NCBI GenBank assembly: GCA_963777955.1
Contig: CAVZSQ010000015.1
Location: forward strand, 128,001-192,000
Direction: 5' to 3'
Length of the DNA stretch: 64,000 nucleotides
Source: Calditrichia bacterium
Lineage (GTDB): Bacteria > Calditrichota > Calditrichia > JAJRVZ01
Part shown: one piece after another, positions 61,721 through 64,000 of the stretch
Position numbering within the stretch: the stretch's first letter is position 1
How the letters are laid out: the number at the start of each line of letters is the position of its first letter
Translations under genes and position numbers: made by a program
Notes under the pieces: model-generated
Databases searched by the model: none
Seen by the model: only the letters and a program-made list of their open reading frames with translations
What the model was told of the DNA's origin: nothing

Positions 61721-62884
61721 TTATTTAGTTATGAATTTATCACCGATTGAAATTACACCACCATAGATCTTTAAGGCTTTGGCCACACTGTATTTATCAA
61801 AATCTTCGGTAACAATAATTTCACCCAATTCCTGGGTATCCTTGCCTAAAACTTCTCCGGTAATGGGGTGCTTGACCACCTCCCCTTCCTTATAAACCAC
61901 GCATTTCATTCCTCGCTTCAAACCTGCTCCGCGTCCCTGATCCAGCATGATTTTTTCACCATCGATGCGGATAATATAACCCTCAACCAGCGGCAATGAT
62001 TCGGCAATTTTACGAGACAGATTTTCAACGGCATTCTTGACACTCTGGGCGTCCGAACTGCCGGAATAAGCATCCTGAGCTACGATAATAGTTGCCGATT
62101 CGGTATCGATCACCCGGGCATCTATACTGATTGCACCGGAGGCGGCAGCGGCAACACTACCGATAATAATGGCATCCACACCAATCCCTTTACCGATCTG
62201 GGCTGCTGTGTTAGCATCCACCACACCGGAGGCACCTAAACTCTGTTCGGCCAGAATTTTATCCAACTGGGCCCGTTCCATTACTTTAAAGCGTTGCTGG
62301 TTCCACAGCACAGTGATCATTTTATCCAGTACGATATTACCCAGATCCTTACTGGCCCCCTTATTTTCAAACGGCATTACCGCTACACCCATACGCTCAC
62401 CGACTTCTTTAATCGTTTTTTTGCCGATTATCAGATTGCTGTCTTTAGCAGGTGTATCCACTACCGGCTGGGTTGCTGGCTGAGTAATTACCTGCGCTGG
62501 AGCGGTGTCAGTTTTAGGCGGAGGGGCATTACCGCTGACCTGTCTGATATATTCATCGGCACGCGCTGAAGGTGCCTGATCGTTGGATAATTTTAATTCT
62601 CTCAGGGCTTCGGCATTTTCACCAAGATTGTACAGACAAATACCCAATTCACGATGTGGATAATACTCAATAAAATGCATACCGTACGTGCGTACTTTCT
62701 TATTTTCATTGGGATTACCCTGGATAGCCAGCCTGAGGTACGAGGCTGCTGCCTTATAATCCTGGTTACGCATTGCGCTGAGCCCGTTTTCATATGATTT
62801 ATACCACTCGATGGCCCAGACAGAAGTCACATAAACCAGGAAAAGAATCAAAGAGAACAATTTTATGTTCGGATACTTTTTCAT
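61721..62884 (-). CDS. Secreted TPR + CsgG/HfaB-like + FlgT-C-like protein
   Basis: Signal peptide, TPR (YYPHRELG), VAVMPF...FKVMERAQLDKILAEQ...IGKGIGVDAIIIGS...DARVIDTES, C-terminal KHPITGEVLG. Confidence 0.8.
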   Translation of the reverse strand: MKKYPNIKLFSLILFLVYVTSVWAIEWYKSYENGLSAMRNQDYKAAASYLRLAIQGNPNENKKVRTYGMHFIEYYPHRELGICLYNLGENAEALRELKLSNDQAPSARADEYIRQVSGNAPPPKTDTAPAQVITQPATQPVVDTPAKDSNLIIGKKTIKEVGERMGVAVMPFENKGASKDLGNIVLDKMITVLWNQQRFKVMERAQLDKILAEQSLGASGVVDANTAAQIGKGIGVDAIIIGSVAAAASGAISIDARVIDTESATIIVAQDAYSGSSDAQSVKNAVENLSRKIAESLPLVEGYIIRIDGEKIMLDQGRGAGLKRGMKCVVYKEGEVVKHPITGEVLGKDTQELGEIIVTEDFDKYSVAKALKIYGGVISIGDKFITK

Positions 62885-62900
62885 ATACAATCTCCGTTAC

Positions 62901-63437
62901 TTATCTATCATATTGAATTAGTGATAATATAGTAAAATTTTCCAATAGTTGCCGTCCTTTTAAAAAAGATAATTCGATCAGAAATGCTAAACCCACTATT
63001 TCCCCCTGCAGGCGCTTTAGCAAATTACAGGCAGCCCTGGCTGTTCCCCCGGTTGCCAGCAAATCGTCAACCAGCAAAACCCGCTCGCCGGGACGTAAAG
63101 CGTCCTGGTGAATTTCGATCCGGTCCGTACCATATTCAAGCTGGTATTCCTCGCTGATTTTCGCTGCCGGCAATTTTCCCGGTTTACGAATGGGAATAAA
63201 GCCGCATTTAAATTTATAGGCCAGCGCCGCAGCCAGTATGAATCCCCGGGATTCGATCCCGGCGATCTGATCAATCCGCTCAGATCTGAAATTATTATAA
63301 ATATTGTCGACGGCTAATTGTAAAAGTTCAGAATTTTTTAATAAAGTGGTAATATCTTTAAACATGATTCCCGGGCGGGGAAAATCCGGCACATCGCGTA
63401 TGGCCTGGCGTAAACGTTCTAGAGATGAAGTTCCCAT
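62901..63437 (-). CDS. apt: Adenine phosphoribosyltransferase
   Basis: PDFPRPGIMFKDIT, ESRGF, RKPGKLP, LEYG, VDDLLATGGT. Confidence 0.97.
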   Translation of the reverse strand: MGTSSLERLRQAIRDVPDFPRPGIMFKDITTLLKNSELLQLAVDNIYNNFRSERIDQIAGIESRGFILAAALAYKFKCGFIPIRKPGKLPAAKISEEYQLEYGTDRIEIHQDALRPGERVLLVDDLLATGGTARAACNLLKRLQGEIVGLAFLIELSFLKGRQLLENFTILSLIQYDR

Positions 63438-63448
63438 TTTTTCAGTTC

Positions 63449-63724
63449 TCAGAATTCGATCTCAAAATTTTTATATTTGTCTTCAGATGGCAGCGTGGTA
63501 ATATTCAGATCCTGTACGTGTGAAAAATGTGGCCCTGTTCTGAGCACCTTGATGAAATGCCCTACCAATTCTTCTTCACCTTCAGCCAATACTTCCACAT
63601 CGCCATTGAGAAGATTTTTTACATAACCGGTTATACCCCGGGCCGCAGCTTCGCGGCGGCAGAAGAAACGATAACCGACACCCTGCACCATACCGCTGAT
63701 GATTATATGTTTAGCCACTTTCAT
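63449..63724 (-). CDS. acyP: Acylphosphatase
   Basis: GMVQGVGYR, GYVKN-GDVEV. Confidence 0.95.
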   Translation of the reverse strand: MKVAKHIIISGMVQGVGYRFFCRREAAARGITGYVKNLLNGDVEVLAEGEEELVGHFIKVLRTGPHFSHVQDLNITTLPSEDKYKNFEIEF

Positions 63725-64000
63725 GTGTCGCGACCAGTCTGCTGATTTGCTCGACTGCCTGCTGCGCTGATGTTGCTGTAATTATTTTTTCAGAGATATT
63801 CCAGGTGCCCAGACCCACTACCGGTTTGTTCAATTGCAAAGCAAAAGCAAGTTCGGATAATGTGCCATAACTTCCATTTATCGCCAGCACTGCTTCAGCC
63901 GAATGAATGATTATCAGATTACGGCCGGCTCCCAATCCTGTAGCGATGGCAATATCCACATATTGATTGGCAGTCATGGGATCAACTCCGGGCAAAATAC
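63711..64000 (-). CDS. LOG-family (TIGR00725-like) protein, 5' truncated by window edge
   Basis: ILPG, ANQYVDIAIATGLG-GRN, G-YGTLSE-AFAL. Confidence 0.85.
   Translation of the reverse strand, partial: ILPGVDPMTANQYVDIAIATGLGAGRNLIIIHSAEAVLAINGSYGTLSELAFALQLNKPVVGLGTWNISEKIITATSAQQAVEQISRLVATHESG

Overview
This is a 64 kb bacterial chromosome segment made mostly of housekeeping genes. A diderm lineage, possibly FCB-group or Calditrichota-like, is inferred from gene content only. It very likely spans the replication terminus: a near-canonical dif site (46013-46040) sits where gene orientation flips from mostly + to entirely -. Content includes pepD/OPT, truA-tal-htrA-purB-purC-like-psd-pssA-purSQ-tatA, a DGGGP-synthase-like prenyltransferase, maf, nadB, ppiD, LPS genes, sodA, the rimP-nusA-infB-rbfA-truB-ribF-rpsO-pnp operon, leuS, three tRNAs, pdxST, trxA, cobB and apt. 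No transposase, prophage or CRISPR array was seen. Twelve frameshifts in ten genes, mostly +1 insertions, look like long-read consensus errors. The most unusual observations are: (1) intact ORFs that have lost family catalytic signatures (PurC-like, Ald-like, and a tight six-gene cutA/eIF2B-like/AbrB/PIN/YqeC/YqeB operon next to dif); (2) a dif-abutting microprotein ending in a clamp-binding-like motif; (3) a secreted or membrane protein with a BlaI-like winged helix; (4) a TsaC-phosphatase fusion; (5) isoprenoid-lipid genes. All family calls come from reading motifs by eye, not from database searches.
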